In this document: positions 37,581-51,017 of the stretch, one piece after another | Numbering within the stretch: the stretch's first letter is position 1 | Layout of the letters: each line of letters opens with the position of its first letter | From: Squalus acanthias | Taxonomy: Eukaryota | Length of the DNA: 64,000 nucleotides | Assembly (NCBI GenBank): GCA_030390025.1 | Contig: CM059425.1 | Span: 168,332,001 to 168,396,000 of the forward strand | Direction of reading: 5' to 3' | Program-made: the position numbers and the translations under genes | Notes under the pieces: model-generated | Told to the model about the DNA's origin: nothing | Databases searched by the model: none | The model's input: only the letters and a program-made list of their open reading frames with translations

Positions 37581-38560
37581 CTGTGAGATAAATGCAGAAA
37601 GAAATCAGATAACGCTCCTTTCAGCCCATATAAAATCACAGATTAACACTGAAGCATGAAGTTCTGTTCCTTCAGTGATGGGTTAATTGTGCAAGTATCA
37701 CAGGGTAATCTTAATGCGATCTACATTGGTTTTGCTGCTGACTTAAAGCGCATACTCCAAAATAAACAATCAACATTGTTTAAGTGTTACAGCTTACTGC
37801 TAAATGACTATGTACATCTGTCCTATTTTTGTGTCAGGACGCCTCAGAGTTATCCTTGAGCACCAGTGAGGAAATGTCCTTTCCAGAACACACCTCCTAT
37901 CCCCACCTGAAACAAAAATTATAATATAGAGATTTGGAAATTAGGGGGTCTGTAAAGTTAATTCCCTGCACTGAATATGAAGGACTAATAGCCTGTCATG
38001 ACAGTGTTAATGGCATCACAGCTTCTGTCACATGCCTGGTGTCACACCATAGCTGCTATTTTATAGTGAAAGTATGCTTAATAAACCTTTCAGTCTGTAT
38101 GCAGTTCCAACATTGGCCACTGGGTGACACTGTCGAGTTTTCTTTTGAGAAAAGAAACTGCAGCCATATTGGTTTTCAGTTTTTCCAGGTAAGTGTCAGA
38201 TCAGCTGGCAAGCTGCTAGTTTTATATTTACACTCTTTTTCACTTTATCTGCTCCTTTAAATATTGCTTTCTTTGTTTTTTTCCCTCCCTTCAGGTTTCA
38301 TTACTCCATTCGACTGCTTTTCTTGATGCTTCTCAGCGCCTCTGCTGTGTCCCCACCAGTCCACTAACCCATATTGCATTCTTGGACCACTTGTCCGGGT
38401 ATCTTCTTTGATTAAACTTTTCTCACCACCACCTATGCTCTAGTCCTGCCGGTTGGCCTATCTGCAACCTGTTCTCAGGCTGTTTGTCACCACCAGCAGT
38501 CCCCACAACCTCCATTCGCCTGAGAAATGTTTTAAAGCTAAATGATCTGCAGCCTGTTTA

Positions 38561-38865
38561 GAAACATAGAAACATAGAATCTAGGAGCAGGAGTAGGCCA
38601 TTCGGCCCGTCGCGCCTGCTCCACCATTCAATACGATCATGGCTGATCATCCAAATCCAGTACCCTGTCCCTGCTTTAATCCCCACAGTACACATATCCC
38701 ACCCTACCCCCGTAACCCCACGTATTTAATTCCCCCTAACATATCCCATCCTATCCCCATAACCCCACATATTTAATCCCCCCCTAACACTAAGGGTCAA
38801 TTTATCATAGCCAAATCAACCTAACCCGCACATTTTTGGACGGTGGGAGGAAACCGGAGCACCCG
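38561..38865 (-). mobile_element. HE1-type SINE, 5'-truncated
   Basis: Reverse complement of 48850-49140. Confidence 0.85.
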
Positions 38866-39074
38866 GTTTGTGGGCCACTGGTTGATTAAAGCTGTAATCA
38901 ACTTACTATGGGCCAGAAAATGATACAACAGGAATGTAGAAAGACAAACATATTGGGATCATACAGAGATTGGAGAACAGGAAAACTGAGATCGGGAGAC
39001 AGAGATAGACAGATATTGGAGGTAAAGAGAGATTGCAGAACAAAGAAACAAGTTAAGGAACAGAGATAGACAGA

Positions 39075-39685
39075 TACAACAACAGAAAATGCTGGAAACA
39101 CTCAGCAGGTCAGGCAGCATTGTGGAGAGAAACAGAGTTAACGTTTCAGGTCGATGGCCTTTCGTCAGAACTGGAAAAAGTTGGAGAAGTAACAGATTGG
39201 GGGGGGCAGGGAAAGGGGGGAGGGGACGAAAGAACAAAGGAATGGTCGGTGATAGGCTGGAAGGCAGGAGAGATTAAAAGACAAAAGGGATGATGGTGCA
39301 AGGCAAAAGGAGATGATATTGGGACAAGTTAAGAAACAAAAGATGACTCTGGATGAAGTGTAAATGACAATGGCAGAATCATCAACAGCTGCCATGTGAG
39401 AGAGAAAAGAAAACATGGGGGCTGAGGTTATAGTCTGAAATTGTTGAACTCGATGTTAGTCAGACGGCTATAAAGTGCCTAATCGACAGATGAGGTGCTG
39501 TTCCTCGAGCTTACACTGAGCTTCATTGGAACAGTGTAAGAGGCCAAGGACGGAGAGGTCAGAGTGGGAGTGGAGCGGAGAATTAATGTGACAGGCGACC
39601 GGAAGCTCGGGGTCACCCTTACGGACTGAACGGAGATGTTCCGCAAAGCGGTCACCCAATCTGCATTTGGTCTCCCCAATGTACA
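39075..39685 (-). mobile_element. Penelope family A 3' fragment (GIY-YIG end plus pLTR)
   Basis: YIGETKCRLGDRFAEHLRSVRKGDPELPVACH; 3' UTR with hammerhead. Confidence 0.9.
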
Positions 39686-39909
39686 AGTCGGAAGTACACT
39701 GAATGCCATATTAGTACAGGAAAAAAGGCATCCAAGGCCCGCGCCTGAAACAAGCTTTAGGCCTTTGCAGATGAAAATAAGGGGAGTAACACCTATTTGA
39801 GGCCTCTTGTGCAAAAACGCAGCCGACACCGGGATCGAAATTTGAAACCTGTGCTGCCTGGGGACACTCAGCAGGTGTCCGCATTTAAATGAGGTCTGAG
39901 GCCCAATAT

Positions 39910-40618
39910 GAAGAGGTGACTAAAGTAGTGGTGAGGGGAATATCCATGGATGTTATTTATATGGACTTCCAGAAGGCATTTGATGAAGTCCCTCATAAGA
40001 GATTGTTAACTAAGGTTGAAGCCCATGGAATTGAAGGCAAATTACAGACTTGGTTAGGAAATTGGCTGAGCGGCAGGAGACAGAGAGTAGGGATAATGAG
40101 CAGGTATTCAAATTGGCAGGATGTTGGCAGGATGTGACTAATGGGTGTCCCGGAAGGGATCTGTGTTGTGACCTCAACTATTCACTGTATTTATTAACGA
40201 CTTACATGATGGGATAGAAAGCCACATATCCAAATTTGTCAATGACACAGATAGGCGGCATTGTAGGCAGTGTAGATGAAAGCATAAAATTACAGAGATA
40301 TTGATAGATTAAGTGAATGGGCAAAACTGTGGCAAATGGATTTCAATGTAGGCAAATGTGAGGTCATCTACTTTGGACCTAAAAAGGATAGAACAGGGTA
40401 CTTTCTAAATGGTGAAAGGCTAAAAACAGTGGAGGTCCAAAGAGACTTGGGGGTTCAGGTACATAGATCATTAAAATGGAATGAACAGGTACAGAAAATA
40501 ATCAAAAAGGCTAATGGAATGCTGGCCTTTATATCTAGAGGACCAGAATATAAGGGGGTAGAAATTATGCTGCAGCAATACAAAACCCTGGTAAGACCAC
40601 ACCTGTGAGCAGTTCTGG
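39910..40618 (+). mobile_element. CR1 RT fragment
   Basis: DVIYMDFQKAFDEVPH, MDFNVGKCEV, LVRPHL. Confidence 0.88.
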
Positions 40619-40619
40619 G

Positions 40620-43397
40620 AAAAATTGGAATCGTGTCGGGAAGCCGGCTCCAACCTGCTGACCTCTGGGTTTTACCCAAAGCAGGACAAGGGGCGGGCAG
40701 CCAAACCGCTCCCAGAAGAGCGGGCTGGCACTTTAATATGTTAATGACGTTGGAGGCCTCGGAGTTAACCTGCTGTTCAGGTTGCACTGTTGCCACTTGG
40801 GGTTCCTGGGCCTCAGGAATCATGGCAGCTGCAGCGAGACGAGGACAGCCTCAGGGAGCACTCCTTGTGGGCCAGGAGGAGCAGGACTGTTTCCTCCCGA
40901 CCGCCACCCCCCCCCGCAAGATCATTCTCCCCACCATACAAACCATCCCCCCTGCATATAAACCACCCCCCACCGCCCCAGGATCGGACCACCCCTGGGG
41001 TTGGTGATTGGAAGCCTCCCGCGATCGGGGATTAGACCTACTGGTGCTGTGGCCTCCTCTAGAGTGCTCCCTGCCCGACTGGAAGCCAAGCCTGTCAATC
41101 AGGCTGATTTCCAGGCGGGGATCCTGCCAATGATGTCAGACGGACGCTGTGCAGTTAAATCTCCACAGCATGCGGGGAAACCCAGACTTCCCTCACCGGA
41201 ACCACCCCTCCCCACTTACTCCACCACCGCACCCACCTCCACCCCCCCACTTCCACCACCCACCCCCACCTCCACTTCACCCCCACCCCCCCAGCTCCAC
41301 CCCCACCCCAAATTCCCACACCCCACCCCCACCTCCACCCCCACCTCCTTTGACGGGCGTCCTCTGGGTTTGGGAGCCTGGGAGGGCTCTTCAACAGTCT
41401 GCCCTTCCTGAGGCTGTGCAGGGGCTAAAACGGCCATCTCACTTGTCTCCGCAAAGTGGGTCCCTGACCGAGGGCTCCGCAGTGGCATGGTCGTGTGAGC
41501 GCTTTGAGAGGAGCCCACACTTCCTTCTGTCCTGACAACAACATCCCTCTCATGGGTCAACCGCACCTCAGTGCTGGCAAGTGGCTGGAGAGCACCTTGC
41601 TGAACTTCAGAGGGACCATGAGGACCCATATCTGCACTGGCAGTCCTCCTCTGGTCTCTCTGCTCAATAGCTGCCCATCGCTCCTCCAGAGATGACATTC
41701 TATTTTGAACAGTCACCATGTTTTCCTGACTCTGGTGACTTATTTCCTCCATGGCGGTAGCCATCCTTTCCACGGAGGTTGCCATCCTATCCATGTTGCT
41801 GCGTTCATGCACCATTGCCTCCACCATGGCAGTGCTGATGTTATAGATGGACTCCTCCATTCTCTCCACACTCGCACGGACCCTGGAGGCAAATCCTTCC
41901 AGAGACACCTGCACTTGTTCCTGTATTTCCCGAGACACTCTTTCTGGATGGCCCCAGAGGCACAGCGTCTGCATGCAGCTCAGCAGAGCCAGGAGATTGC
42001 TGCGACCTCCGCGAGGCCTCTCCACTGCTGTCACTGTCTCCACCATCTGCTGATGCTCACTTGTATGCAGTGATAGACCAGATGGCAACACTACTCTAAC
42101 TTGCGAGGGCCCCACCGAAGTGTGCGTTGCTGCACTGGTGCTGGGTGCGCTGAGTCCTGGTGACGCTGCTCCCTCAGAGGCTTCAGGTTCCTCTGAGGAG
42201 TTGTCCGGCTCTTCGTCTTGGATCATGGGGAGGGGGGCGCTCGATGGTCCTGTGGGAGAGTAAAGGCATGATTTAGACATCTAAATGATATTGATGTAGC
42301 CAACACATCCTTTTGAGCAGATGATACAAAGCGATTCTCTCTGAACATCATATGCCATTGCATTCTGAGAGGGATGAAACTATTATGTCACCATCTTCCT
42401 CTAGTGTGCCCGTCTCTCCATCGCCCACTTCCAGGTCCTCGCCACCTCCAACAATCTCGTTTGCAGCCTCCTCAGCACTGGTCAATGTGGCTAGGGTAGG
42501 TGTTCCTCCTCCAGTCATTGCTCTCTCCCTCTTATTGTGGGCTATCTTTTCCTGCAAGGAGGGACACAAGCGGTGTTTCAGCCACAGTGATGGAGTGAGG
42601 GTCAATAATCCCTACCATAGAAGCTTTGAGGGAGACGAAGATTGGGTAAGGTGACAAGAGGAAGCTAGCTCCCTGTGTGTTGTTAGTTGTTGTCACTGCA
42701 TGACAGTGAGAGCGAGTCTAAGGGGTGCATAGGCAGGATGCTGAAGTGATTTAGTGCAGAGACAGAGATGGATAGGAAAGGGTGCAAGGAAAGTAAGAGT
42801 AAGGTGGGATATGAAGGAGGAGGCTTACAACGCAGAGTGCTGGTGATGAGAAGAGAAGGGAAGCAGATTGAAGGCAAGTGTGATGGGATACTCACTTTTG
42901 ATGTTCGCACAAGATCATTAAACCTTTTTCAGCACTGGATCCATGAGCGTGCATATATGGACCTTGCGCTCACCTCCTGAGCAATGCACAGCCAGGCTGC
43001 CGTGGTCTGCTGAGGAGGCTTCCTCCGGCCATCAGGAGGGAAGAGAATCTCCCTGCGCCCTCTGACAGCATCCACAAGAACTTGGAGGGACGCATCATTA
43101 AAACGAGGAGCTGCCTCGCCTCTGGAAGAAGTCATTGCGAATAAATCAAGTGCAGGAAACCACAATGGAAAGGCTCAGGCTGGATGGCAGCTTTAAAAGC
43201 AGCTGCTATGATGACATCATCAGAGGCGGCCAGCCGACCCGATCGTACTGATTGGACCGGCCAGCGCGGCCCATTGAAATCAACAAGCTCACTGAATCAA
43301 AATCGGACATCAGCAGCTGATCCCGCTGGAAGCGGCTCCTGAACCTGCTCACCACGTAACCCGACTCCAACCCGCCTCGGGAATTAAAATCGAGCCC
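40620..43397 (-). mobile_element. Non-autonomous Harbinger element retaining a 3-exon Myb/SANT ORF2 (exons 43135-42896, 42551-42392, 42249-about 41350)
   Basis: MTSSRGEAAPRFND.SL..LV..V..RR.ILF...W..IA..V.....RSW.QC*KRFNDL / EKIAHNKRERAMTGGG / acidic + coiled-coil + PRGRP; GT-AG introns; right TIR aaaatcgagccc; one in-frame TGA at 42929-42931. Confidence 0.85.
41205..41350. repeat. Low-complexity (CCCCA/CCCCACC)n tract
   Basis: Seen directly; G-runs on the minus strand. Confidence 0.9.
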
Positions 43398-43575
43398 TCG
43401 GTGTGCAACACCACAGGAGGCCGACTAGTTAAATTATTTATACTAAGTGGTGAAAATATTGAACAGTCCCATATATTACAACAGAAATATACACCTTGTG
43501 ATAATCACACAGATGATGTTTAAAGCATTCAGGAAAGCATTGTGACAAAATTGATGTAATGTAACATTTACTTAC

Positions 43576-43771
43576 AGATTATAGTCCTGGTTGACTCCAG
43601 CAAATGGCTGATTTGAACATTTACCAAAAATGAAAACCAAGCTGAAAAGCAGTGATAAGGAGCATGTCGCTGCAGCCATTTTAATCATATTTCGACATTG
43701 GAGCTTCAACTTGGAAATGATGATCCCACTAACAATTTGACCAATAAAAGCTCCGGGGATAAGTACTGCTC
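43576..43771 (-). CDS. SLCO4C1: SLCO4C1-like exon
   Basis: tttcaag|GA GCA...AAT CT|gtaag; 196 bp; (G)AVLIPGAFIGQIVSGIIISKLKLQCRNMIKMAAATCSLSLLFSLVFIFGKCSNQPFAGVNQDYN; phases fit both neighbouring exons. Confidence 0.93.
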
Positions 43772-46335
43772 CTTGAAAGTAAAGATTAGAACCAATTATA
43801 TCATTGTTATGTCACATGTTTTACTGAAGATTTCTGTGTATTTTCTGGATGATCTGCTGCCAAAATAAAAGACCTCGTCATACTATAGTACCAGTCATAT
43901 AACTTTGTTTACAAAGCCACTCATAGCGCACCTGCCTAAGATTGATAGCTTTTTGTTAACCAAGGATACGGGGAAAAGGCGGGTATATGGAGTTAGGTCG
44001 CAGATCAGCCATGACCTCACTGAATGGCGGAACAGGCTCGAGGGGCCAAATGGCCTAGTCCTGTTCCTATGTTCCTACATACAAAACCAAGTAGCTGGCA
44101 GTGAATTTAAAGGAGTGAGGGATGTTTAGCTCGATAAGAACCATGTTGAGTCTATCACTGTCACATGTATTACCTGGGCAATGGGTCAGACAGCAGGTGG
44201 CCGGGAACATACAGCTAAAGAAAAATTTAATTCTAAAGTTGGAGCAGTAAGAGAAATTATTATTGTTTTTAAGGTTTTATATATATTGTACATTCTCATA
44301 ACATTTCCACTACACTGCCACCTTGTGCATTATTTCATTACATTTATGTGCATTTTTTTTCATTGAACTATTCCAAGGTGCATGTGGTACAAGTTATATT
44401 GACACTGAATTATTATTTTCCAATGTGAAGCACAGTCTGAGCCATCTAGTGAATGCATAAATGAGGATAGTTACCAATTTTTATTTTCATTTTGCTTGTT
44501 CTCTTTTTTCAACCTTTCCTTTTCACCTCTATGTTGCCCCCTCTCTACACACATTCTCCTCCATTAGTGATGTTTAACCAACAGAGACTTTCATGATGGC
44601 TTCTATACTATTCTTGGACTGAGACACCACAAGGTTGAGTGATGCAGGACATCCCCAGTCAGCTTTCCATCATGACAGGGCTAGGAATGGTGAGATACCC
44701 TACAGGGGAAGCCTAATTGCTAATATTAGTTGAGACTCCTTTCCAGGGGTTGAGTGCTCTCACCTTCTAGGTTTCCAGTTGCCCCATGCTGCGTTCTGCG
44801 TGAAGATACATTTAAAAAAATTTAATTCAACAATTCATTGTTTTAATAAAATATTTTTGCTCTTTTAGTTTCTCCCACATCATTCTTCTACCAAGGCAAC
44901 GGCATGATTATCTATTCCCCTGCCCCTATCACTGCTATTATGTACTTGACCACCAGGACATGTCCTCTAATTACTATTCTTTTCACATATGTTCCCCACC
45001 TCCACATCCCGCATACTCACTGAAATTGAGAACTCAACACATGAGGAGCTGGAGTTGTAATACTGCTCCTATCTCTTCACAATACAAAACCTTACCATAC
45101 ACTCCTCCATTTGAGCCACCATGAATTAAGGCTTTTAGGAATTCTAATATCAAACATTATTGGTGATGTTTAAAGGATTAATACAGATAGTAACATTTTG
45201 TGTCTTTATTGCTAGTTTCGCTGCCCAGATTGTTTCTCCAAATGATGATCATTATTATTACAACTAAATGGAAAAAGAATATTCCACCTCTTACCAAGCC
45301 CATTAGATCAAATGCCCCTGACTCAGCTACCTTAATAATTGCAAGGGACTGGGTATCTCAATAAGGTGGAAAAATGCCTTTTCAATTCAGGGAGATGGAC
45401 TTAATACTAGCCTTTGGATGAAAAGACTTCCCTCTTACTCTACTGACGATAACAGTTTTGTTTGAAATTAATTTTGACAGTCTCAGTCCTGTTCTATCAG
45501 AGACAACACTGTTCATGAATCCGTGCAACTTGACAGTTTTGTTCAAAGTGGCCATATGGATGGCAGCTGTGGGAAATGGGAATATTCACACTGGTGCAGG
45601 AAGGGGTGCTGTTCTGATGTTGGGGTAATACATTGTTGAGACACGGCTGAAGGCAGTTTGCCTATTCATTCAGCCCGTGTTTTAATTGGCTTCATACTGA
45701 CCCTGGTGTTCAAAATGTGAAAATATTTCTTCCCTAACACTTATGTCTCTTCCCTGGATGATCATAAAAAGAAAAAAAGGTCAGCAAAAAAATACATTTA
45801 TGAAAGGAGATAACCTCTCAGGTTCATGTCAGTCTGAATTGAATGAACCAAAAAGCATTCAATGGTTTTGTACTATTGACAGTACTTGACAGCAATGCCA
45901 AAAAAAAGCTGTTAACAATTATTTTATAGAATGGGTTTAAATTTTAAATCTTGCAAATGGCTTTGCGTCATGTTTAAAGCCTTCATATGAAATGTAGCAG
46001 ATTGTTTGGGGATGTGGTTTTCCATTTCTTCTCACTCTAGCTACTATGCCAGAAGTGAAAGCATTATGTGAACTGACAAATGCTTTATCTGCCTTATTGC
46101 TTTAAAATAGCTATCCTGACAACCAACAAAAGAACTCAGACCAGCTCTAAAAATTCCTTAAATACTCTTTGAATCAAGTTGATTTCCACACCGAGTTTAA
46201 GTTGATTGCTCTCTGGTTGTCATATGTATTTGATTAGTTCTTGCTCCAGTGAGCAGTAACTTAATGCGGAAGGAAAATCTGGGCAGTGAAAGAGCACTTT
46301 ATGCACAATGTATTTGCTCCTTTCAATGATACTGC

Positions 46336-46997
46336 GGCCTAGAAATTGGATCGCACCCGACTCCAGGTGCAATCCCAGTACAGCCTAAAGAGGCCGGTGG
46401 CAGGACCATGGGAAATTGGTCTGCCCGCCTCATTTGTTTATTACCAGTGAGCTGCAGGCGCTAGTCACGGCCCCAGAGGTAACTCACTGGTCCCGGGAGG
46501 CATCAAGATCGGCCGGCTTGGACACCTGCTGACGTTGTCGGGAAATTCTGGGGAGGGAGGCCATCGGGAAGAAGGTGAATGGTGGCCGGCAGCAGCCGGC
46601 GAATTTAACGTGGAGCCAGGAGGAAGATTCTTGCTCCTCGTGGCTCCACAATAAATATAAGTAAAAAAATTGAAACTTACCTCCAGTGGTCCCTTTAAGG
46701 ACCGTTGATTTGGCTGGCAAGTCCCTGAAAATACTACCCATAGCCTGCAACGTGCATGCTGCGGTCATGCCCAATCTAATTTTGGAAAGGGAGTCTCAAA
46801 CAGGGCGGTAGGCTCCTTATTTACATAATCAAAGGGCCTAACACCTGTTGCAGGCGCACCTTGGCCTGAGGAGGAGTCTTTAACAATGTGGTGGATGGTG
46901 GGCGGAATGATCGCACACATGTTGCCCGCCACATTGGACCCTTAAGCGCCCATTTTAAACATGTAAAACAAATGCAATGCGATCCAATTTCTAGGCC
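46336..46997. mobile_element. Harbinger-type MITE
   Basis: 20-bp TIRs ggcctagaaattggatcgca / tgcgatccaatttctaggcc; flanks tgc/tgt. Confidence 0.85.
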
Positions 46998-47440
46998 TGT
47001 GATTTTTCAAGATCCAGCCAAACTGAAATGCCAGTCCCCACTGACGTGCATGGAGTAACTCAGGAAAACATGCCCCCCACACCCCCCCACCCCCCCCACA
47101 ATTAAAATCTGGAATGGCTAAGGAGGGAAGAAGACTGAAAATGACTGCTCTCTATGAGGCTGTTAAAAAGACAGTATTTTCTAACAAGTAACATATGTAT
47201 TTATGACTATTTCACACAGAGATGGGATATGGAGCATATTTAACAGAAATTACTCCCCCTACACTTCCCACGTGAGGAATGCTTATCCTTTGTTATATTA
47301 CTTGTGGCGATACAGTGTTGGCTCCACTGTGTAGTCGTATCAGAAGAGACTGCTGAGTTATACTAGTTGCTCATGCTGCAATGCAGAAGATTGAAAATCA
47401 CTGCTCTCTATGAGGCTGTTACAAACACAGTATTTTCTAA

Positions 47441-49205
47441 TGCTGGAATCCATTATTAAGGAAGTGGTAACAGGGCACTTAGAAAATCATAATATGATTA
47501 GGCAGAGTCAACATGGTTTTATGAAAGGTAAATCGTGTTTGACAAATTTATTAGAGTTTTTTGAGGATGTAACTAGCAGGGTAGATAAAGGGAAACCAGT
47601 GGATATAGTATATTTGGATTTCCAAAAGGCATTCGATAAGGTGCCACATAAAAGGTTGTTACACACATAAGGGCTCATGGGATTGGAGGTAATATATTAG
47701 CATGGATAGAGGATTGTTTAATGGACAGAAAGCAGAGAGTTGGGATAAACGGGTCATTTTCAGATTGGCAGACTGTAACTGATGGGTGCCGCAAGGATCA
47801 GTGTTTGGGCCTCAGCTATTTTCAATCTATATTAATGACTTAGATGAAGGATCAGAGTGTAATATATCCAAGTTTGGTGACGATACAAAGCTAGGTGGGA
47901 AAGTAAGCTGTGAGGAGGACACAAAGAGCCTGCAGAGGGATATAGACAGGTTAAGTGAGTGGGCAATAAAGTGGCAGGTGGAGTATAATGTGGGGAAATG
48001 TGAGGTTATTCACTATGGTAGGAAGAATAGAAAAACAGAATATTGTTTAAATGGTGAGAAACTATTAAATGTTGGTGTTCAGAGAGATTTAGGTGTCCTC
48101 GTACAAGAAACACAGAGAGTTAGCATGCAGGTACAGCAAGCAATTAGGAAGGCAAATGACATGTTGGCCTTTATTACTTGGGGGTTGGAGTATAAGAGTA
48201 AGGAAGTCTTGCTACAATTGTACAGGACTTTGGTGAGAAAGCACCTGGAGTACTGTGCACAGTTTTGGTCTCCTTATCTAAGGAAGCATATATTTGCCTT
48301 AGAGGCGGTTCCATGAAGGTTCACTAGATTAATCCCTGGAATGAGAGGGTTGTCCTATGAAGAGAGATTGTGTAGATTAGGCCTATACTCTTCGGAATTT
48401 AGAAGAATGAGAGGAGTTCTCATTGAAACATATAAGATTCTAAGGGGGATTGACAGGATAGATGCTGAGAGATTGTTTCCCATGGTTGGAGAGTCCAGAA
48501 TTAGGAGGCATAGTCTCAGGATAAGGGGTTGGCCATTTAAGACTGAGACGAGGAGGAACTTCTTCACTCAGAGGGTAGTGAATCTTTGGAATTCTCTGCC
48601 CCAAAGGGCTGTGAATACTCAGTCGTTGAGTATATTCAAGGTTGAGATCGATAGATTTTTGGACTCTAGGGAAATCAAGGGATATGGGGATAGGGCAGGA
48701 AAGTGGAGTTGAGGTCGTAGATCAGTCACACGGTGGCATAGTGGTTAGCACTGGTGCCTCACAGCGCCAGAGACCCGGGTTCGAATCTGACCTCGGGTGA
48801 CTGTCTGTGTGGAGTTTGCACATTTTCCCCGTGTCTGCGTGGGTTTACTCCGGGTGCTCCAGTTTCCTCCCACTGTCCAAAAATGTGCGGGTTAGGTTGA
48901 TTTGGCTATGATAAATTGACCCTTAGTGTTAGGGGGGGATTAAATATGTGGGGTTATTGGGATATGTTAGGGGGAATTAAATACATGGGGTTACGGGGGT
49001 CGGGTGGGATATGTGTACTGTGGGGATTAAAGCAGGGACAGGGTACTGGATTTGAATGATCAGCCATGATCGTATTGAATGGTGGTGCAGGCTCGACGGG
49101 CCGAATGGCCTACTCCTGCTCCTAGATTCTATGTTTCTATGATCTTATTGAATGGCAGAGCAGGCTTGAGGGGCCATATGGCCTACACATGCTCCTAATT
49201 CTTAT
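47441..49205 (+). mobile_element. CR1 LINE 3' portion (RT to tail) with an HE1 SINE in its 3' UTR
   Basis: QHGFMKGKSCLTNL, PQGSV.GP, F.DDTKL, WNSLP motifs; stops present. Confidence 0.92.
48728..49140 (+). mobile_element. HE1-type V-SINE, near full length
   Basis: A box ggtggcatagtgg, B box ggttcgaatct, V-domain and CR1-derived tail ending ttctatgtttctat. Confidence 0.88.
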
Positions 49206-49389
49206 ATTTTTGGCACAGAGATGGGGAGTGGAGTATTTTGAGCAGAGGGCTGGATGGCGCTGGAAGTCCATGGATGCTTACTCAGATCCCTACAGGGAGT
49301 GTAATTTATCCTGCATTCTCTGCTGTCATTTCATTTTGTTCTGATGGAAAAGAACTGACAGATATTTTGATGGGACAGCACTTTTCAGT

Positions 49390-50020
49390 TAGAATCACAG
49401 TACTCCAAGTGTGGTCTAACCAAGGCTCCATACAAGTTTAACATGACTACTCTCCTTTTCAATTCTCTCCCTCTAGAAATGAACCTCAGTGCTGTATTTG
49501 CTTTTTTTTAATGGCCTTATTAACTTGCGTCGCAACTTTTAGTGATTTATGTAACTGTACCCCCAGATTCCTCTGCTTCTCGACCCCATTTAGACACTTA
49601 TTTTTCAAGGATAACGTGGCCTCCTTATTCGTCCTACCAAAATGTACCAACTCACGCCTATCTATATTGAAGTTCATTTGCCAGTTACACGCCAATTCTG
49701 CAAGTTTATTAATGTCTTCCTGTATTTTGTCACAGTCCTCCTCTATTAACTTTAACCCCAATTTGTGGTGCCTGCAAATTTTAGAACTGTGTTTCTGATT
49801 CCAGAGTCCAAATCATTTATGTAAATGGTGAACAACAGTGGTCCCAGCACCGATCCTTGTGAAACACCACTTCCCACCTTTTCAACTACTCTCTGTTGTC
49901 TGTTTTGTAGCCAGCTTGCTATTTATTCTGCTGCTTGTCCCCTAACTCCAACATGCTCTGATTTTAATCATGAGTCTACTATGCTTATCAAAGGCCTTTT
50001 GAAAAATCCAAATATAACTT
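49390..50020 (-). mobile_element. Old CR1 RT fragment
   Basis: IQEDINKLAELACNWQMNFN, remnant of GSVLGPLLF. Confidence 0.75.
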
Positions 50021-50302
50021 CATGAAAATCGCGGGGCGGTTAAGGGCGAAATGCCGTTTTCACGAAGCTAACAGCGCAAATTGACCAGAAACTTGTGGCG
50101 ATTCGCAATTAAAGGGGTATCTCTTCCTCACTACAAGTTGCTGGTCCATTTGCACATTAATAACGGTGTGCGTCATTCATACGCTGTTATTTTTTCAGCA
50201 AATTCTGGCCCAATATCTCTTTAAATCAATCATACCAAGCCAGTTTTTAAAAAATGGATTATTGAAATATTATCTGTTAAGGAAGTTAATTTAACTACTT
50301 AC

Positions 50303-50447
50303 CTCCCAGGGTTGCTGCCAGGCTAGCAGTTTGGCCAAACTGATTTTCAATGTATTTAGGCATAAATGTCACAAAGCCGGTGATGATAAGTCCTTCAGTG
50401 CAACTTGCTATTGTTAAGAATATGAAAACAGTGTTCTTCAACAACAT
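50303..50447 (-). CDS. SLCO4C1: SLCO4C1-like exon (TM region)
   Basis: ttatag|ATG...GGA G|gtaag; 145 bp; MLLKNTVFIFLTIASCTEGLIITGFVTFMPKYIENQFGQTASLAATLG contains the OATP motif F.PK.IENQFG. Confidence 0.93.
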
Positions 50448-50484
50448 CTATAAGAAAAGATATGTTTGAGAATTAGTGAGCATA

Positions 50485-50900
50485 GGCCTCTGATGGCTCA
50501 GTAGGTTAGTATAGTTCCCAGTGTAGAACTGAACTATAGAGATCAGAAAGATCCCAGGTTCAACCCCTGGCCTTTGAGTTAGCTAATCTCAGCTGCAAGA
50601 GATGCTACAATTGGCTTCAGCACCCTTGGCTAGAGAGGGGTGAAAATCAGCCCGAGTTCCCAATCCTGACTGATAACCAGATTGTGACACCCTGCTGGAC
50701 AAGGTGCTGTATGGACTTCAGGCAAGGACAGAATTGGGCTCAGCTTCGATTCTCCCATGATTAAATAGCCCACCAACACTTACTATCTGGGCTCACACAC
50801 GAACAAATATCCACTTGGATGAGGTACTGAAAGGCAGCTGATGGCTGTGGAACTGTACCCCAACACAGGCCTAGACCATTAAGTGAAGAGGGGAGAAAGT
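50485..50900 (+). mobile_element. Ancient tRNA-derived SINE; related copies near 3284-3630, 20690-20980, 22560-22870, 26780-26960, 35890-36135 and 57500-57900
   Basis: Shared segments gaaaatcagcc..gttcc..tcctga and ggctcacac..gaa, plus a tRNA-like head; exact family not named. Confidence 0.65.
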
Positions 50901-51017
50901 TGGTAGAAGGGAGAAGAAATACAGGATTAAACAAAAAGCGACGGGCACCAAAAGCAAAATACTGGTTCCAGTAACACAATTTCCTGCAGTGATGATTGCC
51001 CTGGCCCAAAATTAAAT

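Noticed and set aside
42929..42931. In-frame TGA as selenocysteine or readthrough
   Set aside because: It aligns to Arg in QCRK of other copies, so CGA>TGA deamination explains it; no SECIS recognised
48728..48800. tRNA gene
   Set aside because: The A/B boxes continue into a V-domain and LINE tail, so it is a SINE head
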